Assembly: GCA_964436855.1 (NCBI GenBank)
Contig: CAYTED010000004.1
Span: forward strand, 67,627-131,626
DNA: 64,000 nt
DNA from: an uncultured Bdellovibrionales bacterium
Lineage (GTDB): Bacteria > Patescibacteriota > Minisyncoccia > Moranbacterales > UBA1568
Reading direction: 5' to 3'
Shown here: piece after piece, positions 55,606 through 64,000 of the stretch
Position numbering within the stretch: the first letter of the stretch is position 1
Layout: every line of letters begins with the position of its first letter
Made by a program: the position numbers and the translations under genes
Notes under the pieces: model-generated
Database searches by the model: none
The model's input: the letters and a program-made list of their open reading frames with translations, nothing else
What the model was told of the DNA's origin: nothing

Positions 55606-56250
55606 TTAATGAAACCCTTGGACCGAAAACGGCCATACCCGAACACCGACTCGTCCGATAATTTTTTTCTCATCAATCGGACCAATCGCGCGCGAATCAT
55701 AGCTCGCCTGCCGATTGTCTCCAAGAACAAAAAACTCCCCCTTGCCAAGCGTAACCTTGAGAGTTTCCGACATCGTTACTCCTTTGGGAAGAAATCCGCT
55801 CTCATCGATTTGAAATCCGGATGGATGCTCTTCATTGAAAATAAAAACTTTTGAGTTTTTTATCTCGACGGTTTCTCCGGGAAGTCCGATGACCCGTTTA
55901 ATAAAAAAAGTGCTTGGATCCTTCGGGTATCGGAATACAATCACATCCAGCCGCTTCGGATCGCGGAACGCTTCAACGGAAAAATGGAGATTGTCTCCGA
56001 GTCTGACCTCGGTTGTCTTATACCCGAATTCACTCACAATCAGATAATCTCCGTCCGAGAAATTCGGCTCCATACTGGAACCCTGCACGAAGAATGGTTG
56101 GAAGAGAAAAACTTTGACAGGTATAATAATAAGAGCGGCAAAGAGAAACACTTTGACAAGCTCAAAAAACGACCCGAGAACGGTTTCTTCTTTTTCCGGA
56201 AGTTCTCCCGTTAAACGCTCGGGATCTTGCTCGCGAAATGAATCTGACAT
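55606..56250 (-). CDS. lepB: Signal peptidase I
   Basis: VQGSSMEPNF, FIKRVIGLPGE and GDNRQASYDSR. Confidence 0.96.
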   Translation of the reverse strand: MSDSFREQDPERLTGELPEKEETVLGSFFELVKVFLFAALIIIPVKVFLFQPFFVQGSSMEPNFSDGDYLIVSEFGYKTTEVRLGDNLHFSVEAFRDPKRLDVIVFRYPKDPSTFFIKRVIGLPGETVEIKNSKVFIFNEEHPSGFQIDESGFLPKGVTMSETLKVTLGKGEFFVLGDNRQASYDSRAIGPIDEKKIIGRVGVRVWPFSVQGFH

Positions 56251-56396
56251 ACAAGATAACAAAGAAAGAGTGAGATGAAAGAGAAAATGTCTTCAAACGA
56301 ATACGCAAGAAAACGAAACGTCCTCATCGTATCACGTTTGTAGACTCCTTTCAAGCCTCGAATTTTGCTTTATAAAAAGCATTTTTTCAAAAAAGT

Positions 56397-57869
56397 ATGC
56401 ACCTCCCCCGAAGAACGCCGCGAATATTTCTCTTTCTTATTGTATCGCTTCTTCTTATTGGAGCGCTTGTTCTTTTTGGAAAAGCCGCCTTCTTTTCCTC
56501 GAAAATCAGCATCGAAAAAAACAAAAATCCGTTTGAAAACGCAAAAAAAATCGCCATGGAAACTCTCCGAAAAAAACCGTTACCGCTCAAAGAAACGGAC
56601 GGACGCATCAATATTCTTCTTCTCGGACGCGCCGGAACGGCCTACCCCGGAAGAAACCTCACGGATACGATTATGCTCCTTTCCATCGATACCGAGCGAA
56701 AAGAAACCGGTATCCTCTCCCTTCCGCGCGATCTCTACGCACCGATTCCCGAAACCAATCTCTACACGAAAATAAACTCTCTGTACCAATACGGCTTACA
56801 TACGAACAAGAAAAATCCCTTCGAGCCGATTTCAAAATCCGTTTCGATCATAACCGGTGAACCGATCCACTATGTCTTTTCTCTCGATTTCGACGGATTT
56901 GAAAAAGCGATCGATACGGTTGGCGGCGTTTCTCTCTACAATGACCGCTCTCTCTACGATACGCGCTATCCCGGAAAAAATTATTCCTACGAGACCTTCG
57001 AACTCTCCGAAGGTTGGCATACTCTCGACGGAAAAACGGCGCTCAAATACGTTCGCGAACGACACGGCGATCCGCGCGGCGACTTCGGCCGAGCCAAACG
57101 ACAGCAAGACGTGCTTCTTTCGCTCCGGGAAAAACTCTTCTCCCCCGCGCTTTTTGCCAATGTTTTCGCGATCGGAAATCTGATTGACGCGCTCGGCGAC
57201 AGCGTACAAACCGATATCGCACCGGAAGAATATCGGTCTTTTATCGAACTCGCAAAAACAATCGATACAAAAAATCTATCTACTCTCGTCATCGATGCGT
57301 GGAGAAAAGAAAGCCTGCTTCGCGCCTCACATATCCCGACCCCTTCCGGCAACGCCTTTATTCTCGTACCGCGCACCGGCAACTGGAATGAAATTCGCGA
57401 CACGGCAAAGCACCTCTTCGACGCAGATGACCTTCAGATGCGGAAAGAAAAAATTCTCGAAGAAGATGCAAGCATCCTCGTCATCGGAACGAAAGAAACG
57501 AAAGAAGAGGCGCTTCGTTTTACGACCTTCCTGAAAAACGAATTCGCGTGGCCATCCGTGCAATTCCTTTCCCTAGGAAATATTTCCGCCGCAGAAGACA
57601 TAAGTACGGTCATCGACCTGACCGGACTCAAAAAACCCTATTCTCTCGACGAACTCTTGAAAAAATTTCCATTTGAAAAAAGAGATACCCTCCCATTCGA
57701 CTCCTCTCTCCTTCCGAAAAAATCCTCCCCAGATATTATTCTCATTCCCGGAGCATCGTTCCGCTCACCGCACCTCTACGACCTCCTGCCGGAAACCGAT
57801 GCTTCAGAAGAAGCGGGGAACGAAGAGACCCCTATCGATCCTCTGCCGTTTCCGGAAATCAACAATTGA
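56397..57869 (+). CDS. LytR-CpsA-Psr (LCP) family protein
   Basis: TM, INILLLG, TDTIML, SLPRDLY, KINSLY, ALKYVRER and DFGRAKRQQ. Confidence 0.93.
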   Translation: MHLPRRTPRIFLFLIVSLLLIGALVLFGKAAFFSSKISIEKNKNPFENAKKIAMETLRKKPLPLKETDGRINILLLGRAGTAYPGRNLTDTIMLLSIDTERKETGILSLPRDLYAPIPETNLYTKINSLYQYGLHTNKKNPFEPISKSVSIITGEPIHYVFSLDFDGFEKAIDTVGGVSLYNDRSLYDTRYPGKNYSYETFELSEGWHTLDGKTALKYVRERHGDPRGDFGRAKRQQDVLLSLREKLFSPALFANVFAIGNLIDALGDSVQTDIAPEEYRSFIELAKTIDTKNLSTLVIDAWRKESLLRASHIPTPSGNAFILVPRTGNWNEIRDTAKHLFDADDLQMRKEKILEEDASILVIGTKETKEEALRFTTFLKNEFAWPSVQFLSLGNISAAEDISTVIDLTGLKKPYSLDELLKKFPFEKRDTLPFDSSLLPKKSSPDIILIPGASFRSPHLYDLLPETDASEEAGNEETPIDPLPFPEINN

Positions 57870-57922
57870 TTGTATGCTATTCGTAGCTCTCTCAAGATCA
57901 CTTTTCATTTTTCATGACAAGT

Positions 57923-58468
57923 ATGAAACTCATCGTCGGTCTCGGTAATCCCGGAGAAAAATACAAAGACACCCGACACAATGTGGGTTTTCTTTTTGTC
58001 GAGAGACTTCGAAAAAAATGGGATTTTCCTTCATTCGAAAGTTTGCCGCGCTTCGAAGCGCTCGTCGCCACGGGAACAATGAGTGACGAAAAAATACTCC
58101 TTGTCAAACCCGAAACCTATATGAATCGGTCCGGAAAAAGCGTCGTCTCACTCCTTTCATTTTATAAACTCTCCCCCTCCGACCTCATGGTAGTTCATGA
58201 CGACCTCGACATCGAGAAAGGCAAGTGTAAAGGGACACCCTCCGCTTCTTCCGCCGGACACAATGGTGTGTCGGACATTATCGAACGACTCGGAACACAA
58301 GAGTTTTTTCGCCTTCGTATCGGCATCGGCCGTTCGGAAGATAAAACGCCCCCACATGATTATGTCTTGCAATCTTTCCACGACGAAGAATTTTCACTCC
58401 TCGCCGAAAAGACATTTCCCGAAGCTGAAGCAAAACTCACCGAATGGCTGAAAGTCTCAAAAATTTAA
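57923..58468 (+). CDS. pth: Peptidyl-tRNA hydrolase
   Basis: LIVGLGNPG, TRHNVGF, KPETYMNRSG, HDDLD, AGHNG and RLRIGIGR. Confidence 0.97.
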   Translation: MKLIVGLGNPGEKYKDTRHNVGFLFVERLRKKWDFPSFESLPRFEALVATGTMSDEKILLVKPETYMNRSGKSVVSLLSFYKLSPSDLMVVHDDLDIEKGKCKGTPSASSAGHNGVSDIIERLGTQEFFRLRIGIGRSEDKTPPHDYVLQSFHDEEFSLLAEKTFPEAEAKLTEWLKVSKI

Positions 58469-58574
58469 AATAAAAATCCCCGGATCCCCGTCCGTAGCAA
58501 GATTCCGCAAAAGATCAGGAGGGAGATCCTTCGAAGAACCGCACGGACAGAGATCCAGGGACTCTTTGAATTGT
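58467..58574 (-). ncRNA. Candidate small RNA: long hairpin with an anti-Shine-Dalgarno apical loop
   Basis: Own promoter, 19-bp basal stem with three G-U pairs valid only on the minus strand, apical loop UCCCUCCU and a terminal U-tract. Confidence 0.7.
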
Positions 58575-58580
58575 GGCGAC

Positions 58581-58609
58581 ATCCTAGCGGGAAGCGCCGT
58601 TTTTGTCAA
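58581..58609 (-). promoter_or_regulatory. Sigma70 promoter of the candidate sRNA
   Basis: Minus strand TTGACA-AAAACGGCGCTTCCCGC (17 bp)-TAGGAT. Both flanking genes are on the + strand. Confidence 0.75.
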
Positions 58610-58627
58610 TATTCCGTTCAATAAAGT

Positions 58628-60601
58628 ATGTCTTTTCGAAAAAAAATTCTCGTCAGCATTATCGTTCTTTCTGCACCAATCTCCGTCTCCGCATTCGAAA
58701 ATCCCATTCTTCTTTCCGAAATTCAAATCGCCGGAAAAAATGCCGATGATGAATTTATCGAGCTCTACAATCCGAGCGGCATCTCCCTTTCACTCGACGG
58801 ACTCGTTCTCTGTCGGAAAACAAGCAGCGGATCACTTTCTCAAATAAAATCTTTTTCATCCAAAGATACCATTCCCGAAAAAGGATTTTTTCTCTTCGCA
58901 CATAGCGAGAGCATCTTCGTTTCGATTCCGCCGGATGCGAGTACAAAATCTTCTCCGCTTTCGGCAAACAATAGCCTCGCCCTGACTGATAGCTGCTCGA
59001 CAAAGCAACCACCGTCGATAATTCTTGATAGCGTCGCGTGGGGATCGGGGAAAATATTCGGCGAAAATACCGCGATTGTGAGTGCTATTCCGGATTCGAA
59101 AAGTATTGTCCGAAATCGCGAAACCCTCATATGGTCAATAAGCGACGCCCCGACACCAACAAATAAAGATGGGGAAACTCTCATTCCACAAGAGCCGAAT
59201 CCGAAACCGGAACCAATCCTATTCCCCTCCACCGTCCGTATCAATGAGCTCTTCCCAAATCCGGAAGAAAAGGGTGAGGCAAATGAGTGGATTGAGCTTT
59301 TCAACACCGGGGAAGAGGCGGTTGATCTCTCACACTGGAAACTTTCCAAAAAATCCGCAAGCTACACCTTCCCCGAAGGAAAAAAGATTCTCGGCAGAAA
59401 CTTCATCATCATTCCTCGATCCGATTCAAAGCTCGCCCTGAAAAATAGCGGCGAAGAAACGCTCTCTCTTATCGATCCGTCAGGCCATACCGTTCACTCT
59501 GTCTCCTACATCTCCACCAAAGAAGAAGCATCGTACAATTTTTTTGAAAACAATGTCTTCCGGTGGAGTCATATGCTCACACCGGGAAGCGAAAATAGAT
59601 TCAATAACGCGCCCGAGAAAAAAGATTCAGACATTCCAAAAACAGGATTCAAAAATGTTCCTATTCATTTTTTTGCCAAGGGAAAGGATCGTGATCATGA
59701 GTCACTCAAGTACATTTGGAGCTTCGGCGATGGACACAAAAGTTATAAAAAAGAAACGACGCACACCTACGAGGAAACCGGGACCTTTAGCGGTACTCTG
59801 ACTATAACCGATGGAACAGAAGATTCCATTACACCGTTTTCTGTCAAAATAGAATCGTACGAGCCGCCGAAAATCCGAATTGTCTCATTTGAACCAAATC
59901 CCGAAGGCCGTGATACCGAAAACGAAACGATCGAGCTGGAAAACCGATCAAAAAAACAAGTGAATCTCATCGGATGGAGTGTCGCGACCGGATCAAAAAA
60001 ACTCGTGAATCACCCTATTCGAACGGATTTCCGGATCGAAGGAAAATCAACACGATTCCTCACTCGCACTGACGCCGCTTTTTCACTCAACAACAAGAAA
60101 GGAAAAATTGAACTCCGCGCGCCGAACGGCGAGACAATACAGAAAATAAAATACGCATTCGATGAATCGATCAAAGAGGGCGGCATAATGAAAAAAGAAA
60201 AAGGAAAAAAATGGACACTTGTTCAAGAAACAGAAAGCAAAGAATCGGAAACAACGGATACCGAAATTGAAAATGAGCAAAATATCGAGGAAAATTTTAT
60301 CGAAACAAAATCTCAACTCGAACAGGATACCGAAATCATTATCTCCAAACGAAAAGAAGGATCACCACTCTCTTCTTCTGAAACCAATCTCGACACAGAA
60401 ATGAGAAAGCTTCTCTCCCTCGGAACCGGCATCAATACGCCGGCATCATTTTTCATTTCCCCCACTGTCGCCGGCGCAACGGATGAAATCTTCCAAAACA
60501 AAAAAGACATCCCATCCAGAACATCCAATCCCTCACTCTTCGAAACGATAAACGAGACAATCAATCACGTTCTCAATAATAGAGACGAAAATACCCTGTG
60601 A
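58628..60601 (+). CDS. Secreted lamin-tail-domain (x3) + PKD domain protein
   Basis: Signal peptide; ILLSEI..EFIELYN, RINELFPNP..EWIELFN and IVSFEPNP..ETIELEN; PKD motif YIWSFGDG..THTY. Confidence 0.88.
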   Translation: MSFRKKILVSIIVLSAPISVSAFENPILLSEIQIAGKNADDEFIELYNPSGISLSLDGLVLCRKTSSGSLSQIKSFSSKDTIPEKGFFLFAHSESIFVSIPPDASTKSSPLSANNSLALTDSCSTKQPPSIILDSVAWGSGKIFGENTAIVSAIPDSKSIVRNRETLIWSISDAPTPTNKDGETLIPQEPNPKPEPILFPSTVRINELFPNPEEKGEANEWIELFNTGEEAVDLSHWKLSKKSASYTFPEGKKILGRNFIIIPRSDSKLALKNSGEETLSLIDPSGHTVHSVSYISTKEEASYNFFENNVFRWSHMLTPGSENRFNNAPEKKDSDIPKTGFKNVPIHFFAKGKDRDHESLKYIWSFGDGHKSYKKETTHTYEETGTFSGTLTITDGTEDSITPFSVKIESYEPPKIRIVSFEPNPEGRDTENETIELENRSKKQVNLIGWSVATGSKKLVNHPIRTDFRIEGKSTRFLTRTDAAFSLNNKKGKIELRAPNGETIQKIKYAFDESIKEGGIMKKEKGKKWTLVQETESKESETTDTEIENEQNIEENFIETKSQLEQDTEIIISKRKEGSPLSSSETNLDTEMRKLLSLGTGINTPASFFISPTVAGATDEIFQNKKDIPSRTSNPSLFETINETINHVLNNRDENTL

Positions 60602-60671
60602 GCGGGATACGAGAATCGAACTCGCGTCCTTAGCTTGGGAAGCTAATGTACTACCATTGTACTAATCCCGC
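60601..60671 (-). tRNA. tRNA-Gly (CCC)
   Basis: GCGGGATTAGTACAATGGTAGTACATTAGCTT-CCC-AAGCTAAGGACGCGAGTTCGATTCTCGTATCCCGCT. Confidence 0.95.
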
Positions 60672-60743
60672 GTATGAAACCTTCATCATTTTCAAAACCG
60701 TCATTGCCTGATAGAATAGAATCATAATTTTTCTCGAAAATCA

Positions 60744-62189
60744 ATGTTTTCCTTTTTCCAAGCCCATCGGAAGCTCTTTTTGTTTGGTATTCTTTTCCTC
60801 GGCATCGGTATCGCACTCGCCTTTTTCGTCCCATCGTATACGAAAACCCACAAGACCGAAATCGCCCGAACCGGATCGACCATACTGAAAAATATCTCAA
60901 AACTTCTCCCGCTTGAGCCGGATACCAAAAAAGAAATTGAGGTAATCGATAGTATCGTCTCCAAACTCACCGAAAAAAATGGAAAGACTTGGGTGATTTT
61001 TATTCTCCTGCAAAATAACTACGAACTCCGTCCCGGTGGTGGCTTCCTCGGACAATACGCAGTCCTAAAGGTAAAAGACGGTGAAGTGGTTTCACTTACA
61101 GTCGAAGACGCAAACCTTCTCGATCAACGCATCAAAAACGCCGATATCAAAGTTACTCCCCCGTGGCCACTGACGCGGTATATGCAGATCAAGCGCTGGA
61201 TGCTTCGTGATTCAAATTTTTCACCGGATTTTCCATTCAATGCCGGAAAAGCGGAATACTTTTATCGCCTCGGTGGCGGTCGTGAGAAATTCGATGCGGT
61301 CGTCGCAGTCAATGCAACCGTCTTCGATCATATGCTCGGACTCACCGGACCGATTCAGGTTCCGGGATACACGGGAACCTACTCAAGTGATGGCGGCGCA
61401 CTCAAACTCGAAGAAGCGGTCGAAAAATCCTACCTCGGAGACGATGTCGCCGCCGAGCTCAAAGAAAACCGAAAGAATGTGATGAAAAGACTCGCGGGTA
61501 TTATGATCGACAAACTCGCAACAGTCGAAAATATTCCGAAAGTCGTTGAACTCGGCCTCTCGGAACTCCGAGAAAAAAACGTGATGCTTTTTTTCAAAGA
61601 CGAATCCCTGCAAAACGCTGTCAAAAACGTCTACTGGGATGGCTCGGTCACAACGGATTGGAAGAAAGACTACGTAATGGTTGTTGATGCAAACTTGGGC
61701 GCTCTCAAATCCGACTATTATGTAAAGCGATCTCTCGAATATGTCGCCGATTTCACCGGTGAAAAACCAAAAGCAACCGTTACCTATACCTACGATCACA
61801 CCGCCTCCTACGGCGACTGGCGCACAAGCGACTATCACACCTATACTCGCATCCTCGCACCAACTGGATCGAAATATATCGACCAATCTCGCCTTCACAC
61901 CGGAGGTGTCATTGCGCAAGACTCTACCGATCTCGGAAAGACTGTGTTTGGGTACAAGGTTGACGCTCTTATTGGACAGACCCTGCCAACGGCGATTAGT
62001 TACGAACTTCCTGAATCCATCACGTCAGAAAACTACGAACTTCTCATTCAAAAACAATCCGGGATCGGAAACATTCCCGTAAAAGTAACGCTCAAAACAA
62101 ATAAAGGCGAGTTCACGCACGAAGACACCCTGAAAAAAGACCTTCGCATCACCTTCGCAGAAAATCAGACCGAAGAGACAACAAATTAA
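60744..62189 (+). CDS. DUF4012-like membrane-anchored protein
   Basis: TM, LLQNNYELRPGGGFLG, RDSNFSPDFP, VVDANLGALKSD and LIQKQSG. Confidence 0.82.
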   Translation: MFSFFQAHRKLFLFGILFLGIGIALAFFVPSYTKTHKTEIARTGSTILKNISKLLPLEPDTKKEIEVIDSIVSKLTEKNGKTWVIFILLQNNYELRPGGGFLGQYAVLKVKDGEVVSLTVEDANLLDQRIKNADIKVTPPWPLTRYMQIKRWMLRDSNFSPDFPFNAGKAEYFYRLGGGREKFDAVVAVNATVFDHMLGLTGPIQVPGYTGTYSSDGGALKLEEAVEKSYLGDDVAAELKENRKNVMKRLAGIMIDKLATVENIPKVVELGLSELREKNVMLFFKDESLQNAVKNVYWDGSVTTDWKKDYVMVVDANLGALKSDYYVKRSLEYVADFTGEKPKATVTYTYDHTASYGDWRTSDYHTYTRILAPTGSKYIDQSRLHTGGVIAQDSTDLGKTVFGYKVDALIGQTLPTAISYELPESITSENYELLIQKQSGIGNIPVKVTLKTNKGEFTHEDTLKKDLRITFAENQTEETTN

Positions 62190-62265
62190 AACAAGTCTAA
62201 AAAAATCAAAGCCCCCGGGTCGTTACCGAGGGCCGTAAGGCGCTTGATGTTTTGGCAACAAGCGA

Positions 62266-62442
62266 TTAGTGGAACTCGCGACGTGTGCCGCATCGCCGAC
62301 AGGCGATAGAGTAGCAGTCGCAGCGATCCGTTCTTTTGTGTTCACAGGTTCGATGACCGCGAACACGACAGTAGCAAACAATCATGAAGTGTAGAGCGTC
62401 TTGTGTTTTTTGGGACAGTCCCAATCCCAATACTACAGCCAT
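62266..62442 (-). CDS. Small Cys/His-rich protein (DUF1660-like)
   Basis: SD AAGGAGGTG, 58 aa with CYCRVRGH...CRRCG, and a terminator-like hairpin at 62211-62233. Confidence 0.55.
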   Translation of the reverse strand: MAVVLGLGLSQKTQDALHFMIVCYCRVRGHRTCEHKRTDRCDCYSIACRRCGTRREFH

Positions 62443-62797
62443 CACACACCTCCTTCTTCTTTGTTGGTGACTGGTTGATAAGGAATATACACCCAAACAG
62501 GAAAAGGATGCAAAACAACTTATCCACCGATTTCAAATATTCGGCTTTTTTCATTTTTGACTATCAAAAAAACGTCTCGTCATCATTCACGAAGGACTCC
62601 TCGGCTCTCTTCCAAAAGTTATCACTCACGCTCCCAAGATAATACAAGCAAAAAAAAATAGCCCCGATTCATTTGCAAAAAATTGGCAACTGTTGTATAA
62701 AAATGGAAACGAACAACAGAGTCTGTTTTTCGTTTGGGGAGGATTCGACAGCGATCGAATCCATGGAGAAAATTGTATCGCAAAAGGAGGTTGCACC

Positions 62798-63136
62798 ATG
62801 TCACTTGCTGTTGGAATAAGCGCTGGTGAAAAGCTTGGAATTAAGTTTCTTCCGAACTGCGTCTTGGGAGACGATGCTGACATTCCACCACCGCCAGACA
62901 CCGAAGCGGAGCAGCAAAGAACAATGAAAAAGCTCCAGCACGAGCATCAAACCAGAAGTCATGTAGCAGGCAAAGCGCTTCTCGCGGGAGTAAAAATCTC
63001 TCGAATGCCGAACAGTGAGACGCTCTCCCGAGCAGAAACTCGGGATTACAGTGTCCGGGGATGCAAACGAGGATTTGGTGGATGTTTTTCCGCGCGAGGA
63101 AGCAAAAATCCGCGCCACTTCCACACCGAAGAATAA
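62798..63136 (+). CDS. Hypothetical protein
   Basis: SD AAAAGGAGG 7 nt before ATG, 112 aa, followed by the terminator AAACCCGACCACTCGGCCGGGTTTTT. Confidence 0.55.
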   Translation: MSLAVGISAGEKLGIKFLPNCVLGDDADIPPPPDTEAEQQRTMKKLQHEHQTRSHVAGKALLAGVKISRMPNSETLSRAETRDYSVRGCKRGFGGCFSARGSKNPRHFHTEE

Positions 63137-63179
63137 CCACTCCTCCGCCCAAGGAAACCCGACCACTCGGCCGGGTTTT

Positions 63180-63503
63180 TCATTTTCCCAAAATAAAATC
63201 CTGCGACGAACGTTTCAAGAGAGAAAGAAACTCTTCAAAATTATCCTCCGAAGAAAGATCATTGATTTTCTCATATCCACACCGCACACATCGATGCGTC
63301 ACTCGTCGACGACGACGCTCTTCCTTCGCCAAGACAGGCTCCATCATTCCCCCGCACCGAGCCAAACGATCTCCCGGAAAAAGATCGACATGCTTGCTCC
63401 ACAGACACTTCGGGCAATGATTGGTATACCCATTCCCCTTCACCGAGCACCCACATCGCTCACAAGAAAAATCTTCAATTTTCTTTGAAAACATTTTTGC
63501 CAT
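63180..63503 (-). CDS. RNHCP domain zinc-ribbon protein
   Basis: FSCERCG..YTNHCPKCLWSKHVD..PGDR..CGGMMEP..HRCVRCG. Confidence 0.92.
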   Translation of the reverse strand: MAKMFSKKIEDFSCERCGCSVKGNGYTNHCPKCLWSKHVDLFPGDRLARCGGMMEPVLAKEERRRRRVTHRCVRCGYEKINDLSSEDNFEEFLSLLKRSSQDFILGK

Positions 63504-64000
63504 ATTCCCTTAGCATACGTCACCGGAAGAAAAAAGAAAGCTGCAGAAACACACATTGTCAATACGCACACCTCTATGATATTCTACAGCCGCTACCATA
63601 TTTACCGAATAATCACCTGGGCATTTTTTATCCATTCGTGGGGAGAAAGGGTAACCTTGATGCACATGAATGGAGCCCTCGTGGTGAAAGTAAATGTGGT
63701 AGCCATCAGGTTACCTTTTTTCATTTCTCCAAAATATGCGTTTTTTAAGAAAAACTCTCGGCTTGGCATATCTTTTGTTTGCAATATTACTTGCTATCCC
63801 GATACTGAGCATCTCTTATCTTTACTCACTATGGCAAAAGATAAAGCAGGAGAAATAATTTCCTGGAGTTTTTTCGTACTCGGTTCGATAATTTTTATTA
63901 TCATCGATCTCAAACCCTCAAACGAAAAAAAAGATTTACAAAATTACTGGTTCAAAAAAGGATACAATCAGTGCAGACTGGACAACAAGCTCTATTAAAA

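Noticed and set aside
58477-58561. SRP (4.5S) RNA or plain terminator interpretation of the long hairpin
   Set aside because: It has no GNRA tetraloop or CAGG/AGCA symmetric loop. It is much longer than a terminator and has a dedicated promoter on the strand opposite to the flanking genes.
60599-60671. tRNA-Gly as an island integration site
   Set aside because: I found no duplicated 3' end or integrase. It only abuts the stop codon of the convergent lamin-tail gene.
63576-63998. 140-aa AT-rich + strand ORF at the window edge
   Set aside because: It has no recognisable motif or clear start. It may be a fragment or the flank of a feature beyond the window.
1-64000. Alternative genetic code (UGA=Gly) or a diversity-generating retroelement
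   Set aside because: Conserved genes read through intact in code 11 and several end in TGA (e.g. prfA, holB). No reverse transcriptase or TR/VR pair was seen.

Overview
The window looks like a chromosomal segment of a Patescibacteria (CPR, Parcubacteria-like) bacterium using genetic code 11. That assignment is inferred from the gene set: short EF-Ts, DUF4012-, DUF5663- and RNHCP-like proteins, a CPR-type VirD4-like ATPase, and few Shine-Dalgarno sites. Most of it is housekeeping. It carries six tRNAs; rpmG, rpsB-tsf, rpmE-prfA-prmC, an rpsU-like gene, hisS, pth and lepB; cell-wall and glycosylation genes (murA, murD, mreB, ftsQ-like, WecA/MraY, LCP, GT2/GT4/GT-C); gap, fba, tpiA and galT; and a CsoR-family/gdh/trxB operon. 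I found no rRNA, CRISPR array, integrase or transposase. The most unusual signals lie outside the ORF track: (1) a ~105-nt minus-strand RNA with its own sigma70 promoter and terminator that displays an anti-Shine-Dalgarno loop (58467-58574), in a window where only a few, mostly small, genes have strong SD sites; (2) a ~235-nt multi-stem RNA-like element (1938-2172); (3) a mini-element bounded by a duplicated tRNA-Thr 3' end, beside free-standing GIY-YIG and LAGLIDADG-like genes; (4) two families of AT-rich palindromic intergenic elements and 7-bp-period repeats lying in frame inside enzymes; (5) an unannotated 29-aa histone-H1-like peptide; (6) a foreign ParB/DndB-like gene broken by a 1-nt deletion in its DGxQR motif; (7) large orphan proteins co-oriented with the VirD4-like ATPase. 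Family names come from motifs recognised by eye; no database search was run.
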